This document shows, piece after piece, positions 35,670-47,522 of a DNA stretch of 64,000 bases; the first letter of the stretch is position 1, and each line of letters opens with the position of its first letter. The stretch covers positions 45,508,001 through 45,572,000 of the forward strand of contig NC_058375.1 of NCBI RefSeq assembly GCF_018350175.1. The letters run 5' to 3'. Below the pieces are notes generated by a model, which was given only the letters and a program-made list of their open reading frames with translations, was not told the DNA's origin and did not search any database. The position numbers and the translations under genes were made by a program. Source of the stretch: Felis catus. Taxonomy: Eukaryota.

Positions 35670-36780
35670 CATCCATTCTCCAAAATATTCCACGGGCTTC
35701 TCAAGTTCAGCATGATTAAGATAGATCCCATCCCCTTCCATCATCTAACCTTGTCCCCCCCCCCCCCCCCCGTGCTCCCAATATCAGGGAATATAATACT
35801 ACCGCCTACCACTGTCTGGCTGTTCAATCCAGAATCCTGAAACTCATCTTTGATGTTACCCTCTCTTCACGTCCCTCCAGTCTACCAACAAGCCCTAACC
35901 ACTCAACCTCAGACATATCTCCAGAATCCATCTACTTCTCAACCCCACCACCGTATGGACCCTAGCTATGCTACCATTATGTTTCCACCAGACATTACCC
36001 AACAGCCCCCTACCCAGGCTTCCCATTTCCCAGCCTGCTTTGCCCTGATCCTTTTTTTTTTTTTTTTTTTTTTTTGCCATAATCAGAACGGTCTTTCCTA
36101 GGGGCATCTGGGTGGCTCCGTCGGTTAAGCATCCAACTCTTGACTTCCACTCAGGTCATGATCTCAAGGTTCGTGGATCCGAGCTCCACGTGGGGCTCCA
36201 AGCTGACAATGCAAGGCCTGCTTGGGATTCTCTGTCTCCCTCTCTCTCTGCCCCTCCCCTGCTCACGCTCTGTATCTCTGCCTCTCTCAAAATAAATAAA
36301 GAATGAAAAAAACATTTTAAAAAAAAGTCCTAAGGCTCGATCTTAAAAAAAAAAAGGAATCGTCTTTCCTAACTTGGCTTACAATGTAGTCCTCTATAAT
36401 CTGGTCCCATCAACTTCTCCAGTCTTAGTTATTATAACCAGTCATCCCTTGCACTCCCACCATCCAATAGCTATATTGTCTGCCCTTAGTTCCTCAACCT
36501 CCCCATGCTTCCAGCCCTTCTTAACATGCTCTTCTCCACTCCCCCACCTCCCCCACAACTTACTTATTCTTTGAGTACTAGGATAAATCTCATTTTCCCT
36601 AAACGGCCTTTCTGACCATTAAACTAGATGAGCCTCCTTCTCTGTTCCCATAACACACAGTTCTACTTTTGAAACACTCATCAGATTTTTTTTTTTTTTA
36701 TACTTGTTTACTATCTGCCTTCCCTTCTTGGCTATAAGCTCCTTGAGTTGCTTGTCGTAAATTGGATGAATGTTTGAAGA
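35670..36780 (+). mobile_element. L2 LINE 3' fragment
   Basis: CCAGAATCCTGAAACTCATCTTTGA...CCAGAATCCATCTACTTCTC...TATAAGCTCCTTGAG; split by a SINEC. Confidence 0.8.
36101..36356 (+). mobile_element. CAN-SINE with extra unique 3' segment between two A tracts
   Basis: TSD GAA(CG/TC)GTCTTTCCTA encloses SINE + A8 + GTCCTAAGGCTCGATCTT + A11. Confidence 0.95.
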
Positions 36781-37367
36781 AAGAATCAACCCTGCAAATC
36801 CCCAAATTACCACTGTGCCAATGCCTTTGCTTATTCAGCTCTCACCTTCTAAGTTCCCATAAGGTGCTGAGTCTTTGGTAGGTCTTAAAGCTGCAGCGAC
36901 TAAGGAAGCATGATCCCCGCCTTTAGGGCGCTCAGACTCTAGTTCTGCTAGTGAAGAGCCCAAGCTTTAAAGGCAGAAGCCTTGGTTCCCTCACCTGCAA
37001 AATGGGGCTATCTGCTAAAGCAGATATCTCTGGTGGATAAATGTTTCAGCTGCCCACTTTTCTAGGAGACAGAACTGAACCTTCATTGCCTACTGCAGAG
37101 ACCTCAAAAACACAAACTTATTTTGTTTTTTCCTCCTTCCCTGTCTCCCTCTCTCTGTTCCCTCACTCGTTCTTCTTGGGATCCCCTGTACTGGTACCCA
37201 AGTCTCATACCAGGCTTGGCTTTGCAAGAAACCCAAATTAGGGCACCAGACTCACAAGGTTATTCCAAAGATTAACCACAGCAACATGAGTGAAATTCTA
37301 AACACATTCCCTAGCACACTGTCTGTGCTTATTAAATTGTAGGTATTACATAAAAGGCAACTGGCAG

Positions 37368-38075
37368 AATTTGCAAATGGTATATCAGATAAAGGGTTAC
37401 TTTCCAATATATCTATAAAGAACTTATCAAACTCAACACCTGAAAAACAAATAATCCAGTGAAGAAATGGGAAAAAGACGTGAACACTTTCCAGAGACGA
37501 CATCCAGATGACTAATGGACAAATGAAAAGATGCCCAATATCACTCATCATCAGGGAAATACAAATCAAAACCACAATGAGATACCACATCACACCTATC
37601 AGAGTGGCTAAAATTAACAACTCAGGAAACAACAGATGTCGGTGAGGATGCAGCGAAAGAGCAACACTTATGCACTGTTGATGGGAATGCAAACTGGTGC
37701 AGCCACTCTGGAGAAGAGCGCGGAGGTTCCTCAAAAAATTAAAAATAGAGTTACCCTATGACCCAGCAACTGCACTACTAGGTATTTATCCAAAGGATAC
37801 AAAAATGCTGCTTTGAAGGGGCACATGCACCCCAATGTTTATAGCAGTGCTATCAACAGTAGCCAAAGCATAGGAAGAGCCCAAATGTGCATCAACCGGT
37901 GAATGGATAAGGAAGATGGGGTCGGGCTCAATATGTGATGGGTATTAAGGAGGCCACTTGTTGGGATAAGCACTGGGTGTCCTATGTAAGTGATGAATCA
38001 CTGAATTCTACTCCTGAAATCGTTGCCATACTGCACGTTAATTAATCTGGATGTAAATAAAACGAAAACAAAACT
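37368..38075 (+). mobile_element. Carnivore/felid L1 3' end (ORF2 C-terminus plus 3' UTR), internally deleted
   Basis: ATCAGGGAAATACAAATCAAAACCACAATGAGATACCAC...GGGAATGCAAACTGGTGCAGCCACTCTGG...GATGAATCACTGAATTCTACTCCTGAAA. Confidence 0.95.
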
Positions 38076-39079
38076 TTAATACATCGTAGGTATCAATATT
38101 ATAGTCTTGGTGGGGGAGATGGAAGAGCGTAATCCAGGAAGATAAATGCTACAATGAAAGTATAAAGTGGTTCAAGGTGCAGAATGAGAACAGGTGAAGC
38201 AGCTCTTAAGTTTGGAGGAATCAAGGACGCTTCACCGAAGTTGCTCTTCAACTGAGCTTTCTTAAAGGCCCACAGATCAGGAGAGAGAACGCCCAACAAA
38301 GGACAAAGCAAGAATGAAAAGCGGCACATGAAAGAACACGGCATGTTGTGGGGCGTATATGCAGTTCCGTATCACGGGAGAGTTAAGAGAGGGTTTTGAG
38401 GGGTAGAAATGTAGAAGCACAGAGAGTGGCCAGGTCTCAGGGAGCCCCCACCGAGGGGAGAGGTGAAGCCTGAGGGGGGCATCCCCAGAGATGGGCTGCC
38501 AGGACTCTCCTGCAGATAGCCGCACAGAAAGGGATACATAACGTTGGCTATCCATCTACACACATGCTCTCCACGCTTCTGTTTATTTACACTCTGCTTA
38601 GCTGGATGGAATCAAGGCATAATTCACGACCCACCCCTTCAGCACCCTGCAGAGAGGGGGAAGCAGGGAACATCCCTGTCAAGTGCCAGATGTTTGGCAG
38701 GGGCCCGAGGGCTGCTGATGGCTCTGGAGGTAAAACAGGAAACTCTTCTGGGGCAGGAAGCCTGGAAGTGCAGAAGTTTGCTGAATGAAAGACAAGTGGC
38801 TTCAGAAAAGTAGGGGATGACGAGATGGAGTGGAGTCGCATACATCTGGGCTCCAGGCCCAGCTTTGCTCCTGCCTGGCTGTGTGGTCCCCGGCAAGTCA
38901 CTTCCTCAACCTGAGCCTCAATTTCTCCAACTGCTGTCCCTTCCAGCCCTGAGGTTCCGGGATTCTGCGAGGCAGTACACCGAACTTGACTTGGGAGCCT
39001 GAGAAGGATTGTGTTATCCCAAAGTTCCTCTTCGCTCTGAATGAGTAGACGGAATGAGAGGTCTTTGAACCAAGAGGAG

Positions 39080-39284
39080 TTTTTTTATTTTATTTACTTA
39101 TTGTTTTTAATGTGTATTTTATTTTTGAGAGAAAAAGAGTGCAAGCGGGGGGTGGGGGGGAGCCAGACAGAGAAGGGGGACGCTGACAGCACAGAGCCTG
39201 ACGCAGGGCTCAAACTCACGAACCGCGAGATCATGACCTGAGCCGAGGCTGGACATTCAACTGACTGAGCCATCCAGGCACCCC
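39080..39284 (-). mobile_element. CAN-SINE with internal deletion
   Basis: Reverse SINEC; the central CACAGAATC...GCTCTGA segment is missing at about 39181. Confidence 0.93.
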
Positions 39285-41399
39285 CAAAAGAATTTTTGAA
39301 AAAAAGCTCTGGGGCCCAACCACCTGGCTTTGGAGTAAACAATGACTTTTAATCATGGGACGTTGGAAACAATAGATTAATTAGGTGGGGGGGAGGGGGT
39401 GGGGAAAGAGTCAAACTGGCTATTTAGGAATGCTGGTTGGCTAACTCACTTTCATCTGGTTACTTTAGTTCGAAATTGGTAGCTACCAGCGAACACATTT
39501 TGGCTCAAGGTTTTTCCAGTCTCTGGTTCCTCTCTGCATCCTACTCTAGCCGTGCTGAATGAACTACTGTGCATCCCCCTAAAATGCCCTTACCTCCCGC
39601 TTCTTTGTCTTTGTTCATGTTGGTCTGGGTTCCAAGTAGTGAGAAAAGAGAAGGACATGATCCCTGCTCTCAGAGGCCTATAATCTAACATTAACCAGAT
39701 TAACTAGACAAACGGGAACAAAAAAATGGTACAAAAAAACGGAAACATCGGAGGTTGTACATGCGACACAGGATCAGAATACTGTTTATGAGAGTAATCG
39801 TGGAAGAAATTGATTTGGTTATGGACGTCAGGAAGGCTTCTCGGAGTAGCATTGCCTCTATGTCCTTCCTCTTAGAGACAAAATCCTATTCGGCTACATG
39901 AAGCAGTTCAAATACCACGTCTGTGAAGCTGCCTAAGTCTCCATAAGCAAGACCATTATGCTTCCCTTTGAGATCTGTAGGGTTTTTGTTGTGGACACAA
40001 GCGTCGCTTCGGGGGCACTGTGTTATCGTCTTCAGCTGTGTCCTAGTCTGTCTCCCCACAAACTGTGAGCTCCTTGATAGCACAATACCTACTGTAGTCA
40101 TTTCTGCAGCTCCAACGGTACGAAATGGTGGTGAATTGAAATGTTGATCTGCTGCAAATTCGAGACTTTTTTTTTTTAAGTGAGTAACTTATTTCACAAT
40201 TAGAATCCAAATAATGTTCTGGTTCATGCTGTTTTTGCTCTTAATAAAACAAACACTTTTCTAACAAGTGTGCATAGGTGTTTTATACAATTAGTAAAAA
40301 TAAGCCATGTATGAAAATTCTAGACCCATTCAAGGAACGGGCCATAAAAGTCCTTCACTGGATTTTGAAGACATTCATCTGTAATTTCTCCATAAGCCCA
40401 AAGTCTGGCTGTCAAAATGAGGGAAGTAGTGAGGTTTCTTATTTCAAACATGAATTTTTATGATGTGGTCTACCTATGTGGGCAGGAACACTTAGGAAAA
40501 GGCAGGTGGGTTTCTCAGCATTAAAACAAATGAAAAGAATGTGAAGGTCTATCTCTCAGAAGTAAATACGCCAATTGCCTTTTCTACTCACAGCGTAGAG
40601 TTGTTACAAAACAGGGGAAGAATTATTTGGTTTCCTATCACTCTGGGTAGGAAAGTGCCTTGTACTTTGCCCATTCAGTTGTCTCCACCTGGACCATCTC
40701 TGCTGCTCATATCAAAATATCATGCATCCTTTAACCCCCACCTCAACCATATCCTTGTTACCAATGATTGGATGGCTGGAGTTGGCCCAAGGTCATAACG
40801 CACATCAGAGGCAAACTAAGAGAAAGAGAGGCCTCTAGCTACCCTGTCCCATATTCTTCCCTTCACATCAGGGTTGCCCAAAGGACACAGGGTCCTGAGT
40901 GCTTAGTAAATGTTATCTGTCTTCCTCTCCCTTTTTCTAGAGAAGCCTTAATCCCTGTTAACACCAAAGCCTATAGAAAATCCTGTCCGTTCAGCTGCAA
41001 TTTAGAAACCATTATTTTTTAAATTTAATACAGCATTCTCCAAGTCATTTGAGCCTTTCTCCTCCCCACAACATCCATTAACATCTCATAGGATTATTTT
41101 TCCAGAAAACACAATTTGGGAAACACTGTTCTCTATTATAAGTGCTCCCATGCACTTCCTCCTCACTTTTTAGATGGAGAGCCAGAAAGACAGTTGTTAC
41201 GGAAGTGAGATGCTAAGATAGTCGGATAATCACCTCTTTTTGAGGCTATGACACAACTCTATTATACATTTAAGTAAGAATCAAATCCAAAGAAAGTGTA
41301 TAAAGGAACGAAAAGGCAATTGAGGAGAGCAAAAAGAAATTTTCAGTTAACACATGTTCTACAATAAACATGTATTCGTCTTTAGTTTTAAAAATACCA

Positions 41400-41947
41400 G
41401 GGGCGCCTGGGTGGCGCAGTCGGTTGAGCGTCTGACTTCAGCCAGGTCACGATCTCGCGGTCCGTGAGTTCGAGCCCCGCGTCAGGCTCTGGGCTGATGG
41501 CTCAGAGCCTGGAGCCTGTTTCCGATTCTGTGTCTCCCTCTCTCTCTGCCCCTCCCCTGTTCATGCTCTGTCTCTCTCTGTCCCAAAAATAAATAAACGT
41601 TGAAAAAAAAAATTAAAAAAAAAAAAGATTCCTCTCTCTTTCTCTCTCTGCCCCTCCCCCAATGTGTGCACATGCTCCCTCTCTCAAAAATAAATTAAAA
41701 TAAATTAAAAATAAAATTCATATGAAGGGGCGCCTGGGTGGCTCAGTCAGTTGAGCGTCTGACTTCAGCCAGGTCACGATCTCGCGGTCCGTGAGTTCGA
41801 GCCCCGCGTCAGGCTCTGGGCTGATGGCTCAGAGCCTGGAGCCTGTTTCCGATTCTGTCTCCCTCTCTCTCTGCCCCTCCCCCGTTCATGCTCTGTCTCT
41901 CTCTGTCCCAAAAATAAATAAAAAACGTTGAAAAAAAAATTTTTTTT
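41400..41947 (+). mobile_element. Composite CAN-SINE insertion: SINE (41400-41626) + SINE 3' fragment (41627-41726) + SINE (41727-41947)
   Basis: Two near-identical young SINEC_Fc copies; single TSD AAAAATACCA at 41390-41399 and 41948-41957. Confidence 0.95.
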
Positions 41948-43501
41948 AAAAATACCATAAAATGATGAGAATTTTGTTATGAGGCTGAGCAGATCTTAAT
42001 AAAAATTTGCATGCGTAAAACTAGGAAAAAGTGACTTTTACGTTTTTAAGACTGGGAAACTATTACTACTCCCTCCCATTCAGGTCGATTCCCATCACTA
42101 CTTTAAATTAGTCGTTGGCTCACCCCCACAGAGGTGGTCTAGATTCCCTTGCCCTACTGAGAACCAGATGCAGAAGTCCACCCTGGTTGCTGAACTGGGT
42201 CTAAGCCCTGGAGATTCAGAAGCCCCACCACTGAAGTTGTTTTGTAACAACTCTACCCTGTGAGGCTCTCCCACAGAGGATCAACACAGAAGAAAAACAC
42301 CAAGACAGGTGAGACCGTGAGAAGTCCTGGGAAGTTCACGGGACTTGAAATCAACCTGGCTTTGAATCCTGGGTTTCTCTTATTGTCACAGACCCAAAAG
42401 TTCCATACTCTCTCTGAACTCTGTTTCTTTGTTTCGGAAAGAAAATGGCCAGAGTAAGAAATGATAGGATTGTTAGGAGGTTTAAACCTGCTGAAGTAGG
42501 TAACTCAGGTGTCCCCTGGTGCTTCTGTTCCTAGAGAGATCTTGAAAGGAATGGCTGGAGTCCCCTGTGAATGTCTGAAGCCCTCCTCCAGGGTCTGCAG
42601 TTCCAGGGGCAACCCTTGCTCATACGTATAGGATTCTAGGCTATTTTAAATCTGATTCCGTTTCACACAGCATTGAGCCCAATGTGAGATTCGGGCCCTT
42701 CCTCAATTTCTGCCGATAATAATAATCACCATCATCATAATAAAATCATACAGAGTTTGTGAACACAGTACTACTTATGGGCATCGTGGAGGGAGAGATT
42801 TACATCTAAAACATTAAGAACTTCGACATTAAGGTATATAGCCTGTTCTTAAACGTTCCTTGGCCTCCCTGCACAACACCAGGTGCCATTCCATGCCCCA
42901 TGCCAGCCAATTCTTCTCTCCTATGGCACTCTGCTCCTCCCCTCCCTTCTCTTTCTCTGGAGCAAAAACTAAATTCCTCTCACATTCTCAGGCAGAGGGG
43001 TTTGACTATTCTTGTGTTGCGGAGACTCCTGATAACGCCTTGCTTCCCAAATAGTGTATCAAGGTATTTTCATAAGAAAGACTGTTATCTCCCTGAGAGG
43101 AATTCTAGCCACTAAGGGCAGAAATAAATAAATCACTTCATTAGACGCATACCCAGAACCAGTAGTGGTAAGGAACACAGTGGACTGTATGTCTCGTCTT
43201 TGTTGCTCAGTATCTTGCCTAGCGGTGAGAACATAGGCAAGTTCCGTGAAGTCCGCGTCCTCACGTGTAAAATGAAGATCAGAGCCGCCCTAAACTCATA
43301 TGGTGTTTGAAATAATTAAATTAGTACATGTAAAAGACTTAAAACATTTTTTGGCACACGATAAGGTCTCAATAAAGAGGAGTTATTTACGTTCATTTAT
43401 GTATGTATTTATTTATTTATAGTTCTTTGCTTTTATTAAATAAGTGTCATAGGACTTTTTCTCACTGACATCATCTACTTTAAAGGCAGCCAATATCTCT
43501 C

Positions 43502-43702
43502 GGGGCCCTTGGGTGGCTCAGTTGGTTAAGCGTCCAATTTCGGATCAGGTCATAATCTCACAGTTCGTGAGTTTGAGCCCCACGTGGGGCTCTGTGCTGA
43601 TGGCATGGGGCATGCTTGGGATGATGTCACCCTCTCCATACGCCTCCCCGGCTTGTGCACACTCTCTCTCTCAAAACAAATACATAAACATAAATAAATA
43701 AA
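43502..43702 (+). mobile_element. CAN-SINE (diverged)
   Basis: Head and tail; imperfect TSD ...AGCCAA(T/C)A. Confidence 0.93.
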
Positions 43703-44051
43703 CGGAGCCAACACCAAGAAGATGTGCCATTTTCAGCACTTCATTATTGCGAAAAACGTCTACTCAATGATACGTAACTGGAGACAGTGATACGACCACA
43801 CAGAAGTGATGGACTAGCAGGATGGCACAACAGTTTGGAGTCCGATAACCCGGGTTCAAATTTCAATTTGGAAGTGTGCTTGCCGTGTGATCGTGGATAA
43901 GCTGGTTGATTTCTCTGAGCAGTTCCCTCGTTTGATAAATGTGAGTAAAAATAAAACCTGCCTTACAGAGGTGAGAGGATTACGAGATAAAATATGCAGA
44001 GAAATGTGTGTTATACGCTTGGTATATACATGCACATGATCAATGAATTAG

Positions 44052-44886
44052 ATGGTGGAGGTGGTGGAGGTGGAGGTGGTCATGGACATGGCGATAGTAG
44101 AGGTGGGGGTGGTGATGGAGGTCGTGGTAGTAGAGGCCGTGGAGGTGGAGGTGGTGGAGGTGTTGCTGGTAGAAGCGGTTCTCGTGGTGACAGTGGCGGT
44201 GCAGGCGGAGGTGATGGTGGAGATGGTGGAGGTGGAGGTGGTGGTGATAGAGATAGTAGAGGTAGAGGAGGTGGTGGTGATAGACATGGAGGAGGTGGAG
44301 GAGATGGAGGTGGAAGAGGTGGAAGTAGAGGAGGTGGAGGAGGTTGAGGTNNNNNNNNNNNNNNNNNNNNNNNNNNNNNNNNNNNNNNNNNNNNNNNNNN
44401 NNNNNNNNNNNNNNNNNNNNNNNNNNNNNNNNNNNNNNNNNNNNNNNNNNNNNNNNNNNNNNNNNNNNNNNNNNNNNNNNNNNNNNNNNCAGGTGGTGGA
44501 GGCGGAGGAGGTGGCAGAGGTGGGGGTGATGGAGGTGGTGGTGGAGGAGGTGGTAGAGGTGGAGGAGGTGGAGGAGGTTGAGGTGATAGAGGTGGTGGTG
44601 GAGGAGGTGGTGAAGGTGGAGGAGGTGGTGGAGGTGGTGGAGGTGGAGGAGGTGGTGGAGGTGGAGGAGGTGGCAGAGGTGGGGGTGATGGAGGTGGTGA
44701 TGGAGGTGCAGGAGGTGGAGGAGGTCGTGGAGGCGGAGGTAATGGAGGTGAAGATGGTGGAGGTGACAGTGGTAGAGGTGGAGGAGGTGGAGGTCACAGA
44801 GGTGGTGGTGATGGAGGTGAAGGAGGTAGAAGAGGTGGTGGTGATGGAGGTGAAGGAGGTGGAAGAGGTGGAGGAGGTGGAGATGG
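44052..44886. repeat. G-rich (GGA/GGT)n low-complexity tract spanning a gap (N at 44351-44489)
   Basis: GGAGGTGGTGGAGGTGGAGG... trinucleotide-periodic repeat. Confidence 0.98.
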
Positions 44887-46019
44887 TAAACAAACAGCAC
44901 AACCTGTATCTTGAGATGGGGCGGGCTCCTTCATTGTTTTTCACTCGAGAGGCTGTGTACTCATCTCCACAATATACCACCTCCCAGCTCCTATTTACCA
45001 ATGATCTTTGAAACATCCTGAGCATGTCCCTCCCCCACAAACTCATCAACAGCAATAACTATGAATAAGAGTTTCACAACTTTACTTTGTCCGTATATTT
45101 TTACGTCCCTGACATCATTCTGTACAGACATTCTGTATCCTACTCTTTACTTAACATATTAAAAGTATATTCCCATGCCTTTAAATTTTGTATACACTTT
45201 ATTTTAACAACCACATGATATTGTAAAGATCTGCCCTAATTTATTTAACAACTCTCTTTTTACCAGGCATTTAGGTTGTTTCCAATTCTTGACTATTATA
45301 AATAATGTAGCAGTGAACGTTTCTGTCTGCATTTTGGATTACTTCCTTCGGCTAAATTCCTAGACACAGAATTACTGGGCCAAAAAATATGAACTCACAA
45401 CACATATTGCCATATTGTTATCCAGATCCTTCACATATCTGAAGACAATGATCATGCTGCCTTTTCTATAAGCTAAACACTCCCAGACCCTTCCACCTTC
45501 CTCATATAATTCAATTCCCAGTGCTGCCACCACTCTCGCCCCTTTTCCGGGGACGACTCTTAAGCTGGCATTCCAGATTCTTCCCCTCTGACCTACTTTA
45601 TCTCTGCCCCTCGTCTACCGCATCGCACCTCACTTTCCAGGCACCCTCCCCTCCAGTCAACCACAGCACCCTGCAGACGCCCAGTTCCTGCATTCTGCTA
45701 TTCATCTGTGGATTCTACTCCTTCAGTCCAGAATGCCTTTCACACTTTTGATGCCTGGGACAGTCAATCTCATCGGTCAAGACAGGGCTCAAATGCCGCC
45801 CCTGCCCTGAAGGCTCTTGACTCCTTCTCCCTGCCCCAGGCAGAACCAAAGTGCTCTGCCCACTCCACCCCTGTGCCACCTGGAATAGTAGAGAGCCCCA
45901 GCACGAAACAGACGGCCTGCTCATATCTGCATGACTCAGAAGTATTGAATAAAGGGATTCTTTGGGAATCCGTGGGCAGGATGTAAGGAAACTCTAAGAA
46001 ATAGCCAGTGTCCATGGGT

Positions 46020-46330
46020 CAGCAAGGCTTTTGACACCCCTATGTGCGAAAGAGTGAGGACAGGGCGAGGTTACTGGAACTCAGCAGGAAAGGGTCGTGT
46101 GGAGAGGAGCTGTGACTTCTCTCAAGGCCAAGGGAACCCCTGAAGAATAATACCTTGACTTTATTCGTCTTTGTCTTTTCCATCTCCTACCCAGGCTTCC
46201 ATTAGCAGAACTCAGCTAAGTCCAGGGACTAGGAAACCCACGGACTCAGTTCATACAGGTCAGCATCCTATGGTGCAGGGGTGTGGTAGAGAAGGGTGGA
46301 GGGCAGACCTGAAAGGGCAAAGAGAGAGCC
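46020..46330 (-). mobile_element. ERVL LTR fragment (LTR33-like)
   Basis: CATACAGGTCAGCATCC...GAGAAGGGTGGAGGGCAGACCTGAAAGGGCAAA. Confidence 0.65.
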
Positions 46331-46499
46331 CCATCTCACCCTATTAAAGCTCATTACCCTTTATTATGGTTAATTCTCAGCAGGTATGTTTCACCTTCTA
46401 GACTAAATATGTATTGTCTCACTCACTTCCAAACCATCTTTTGCACTATGACATGGCCACTTTGCTTTCAATCAACATTCTTCATGGCCCCAGTGTGTC

Positions 46500-46995
46500 C
46501 CCCCCTCGTTGCCTACAGATAAATATAAATGCATTGGCATGAATAATGCCCCTGTGGCTGGGCTCTTGCCTTCCTCACTTCCTTAGGGCCACCTCTCCCT
46601 TTCCTCCTACTTCACAATCCAGCCACATGAACACATGTCACTCCAGGAATACAGCATTGTCCATAAAGGGTCTATTCTTTTGTCCTGAGAACACTTCCCC
46701 CATTGGAAACCTCCTACTCATTCTCTAAGGCTCCGCTCAAGAGTAACTTCCACTGTGAAACTCCCAGATCCCTCCCCCCAGAGAGACTCTGGGCCACCTT
46801 CTCCTAAGTTCCTTTTATAGCCCATGTTTTACAGTACTTTACATTATAGATTTTTAACTCTGTGTCCCCACATAAATTGCAAGCTCCTTTAAGGCAGAGA
46901 CTACATCTTACTTCATCTATTTCCCTAGTACCTAAAGCCTCTGGCACATTGTAAACACTCAACATTAGATTAGTGAATGAAACATTGAATTGAAT
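46500..46995 (+). mobile_element. L2 3' end
   Basis: TTGCAAGCTCCTTTAAGGCAGAGAC...CTGGCACATTGTAAACACTCAA...TGAATTGAAT. Confidence 0.8.
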
Positions 46996-47246
46996 AAAGA
47001 CATTTGCAATTAATGTAGATTTTTCATTTGGTGCGTGGGTTTGTTTTTCAACATATGGTTGTTCTTTATGCACTTGTAGGGGATGAACGTGTGACAGAGG
47101 ACAGAAGCTTACGTCCTGAACATCTTTCGGCCTCAGCTGGCACTGGCCTCCGTCTGTCCTCAGCAGAACCTAGGCACGAATGTAGGCGTCCTTGGGAGGA
47201 CAAGGAGGAGATCCATGTAGAGCTTACCCATTGGACATCCATTTGA

Positions 47247-47522
47247 NNNNNNNNNNNNNNNNNNNNNNNNNNNNNNNNNNNNNNNNNNNNNNNNNNNNNN
47301 NNNNNNNNNNNNNNNNNNNNNNNNNNNNNNNNNNNNNNNNNNNNNNNNNNNNNNNNNNNNNNNNNNNNNNNNNNNNNNNNNNNNNNNNNNNNNNNNNNNN
47401 NNNNNNNNNNNNNNNNNNNNNNNNNNNNNNNNNNNNNNNNNNNNNNNNNNNNNNNNNNNNNNNNNNNNNNNNNNNNNNNNNNNNNNNNNNNNNNNNNNNN
47501 NNNNNNNNNNNNNNNNNNNNNN
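47247..47522. other. Assembly gap
   Basis: Run of N. Confidence 1.

Noticed and set aside
37252-37734. 160-aa minus-strand ORF
   Set aside because: Antisense reading of the L1 ORF2 3' end.
44040-45055. ORFs of 286-335 aa (His/Leu, Thr/Ser mucin-like, Val/Glu)
   Set aside because: Translations of a GGN simple repeat across an N gap, open on both strands, with no splice or domain evidence.
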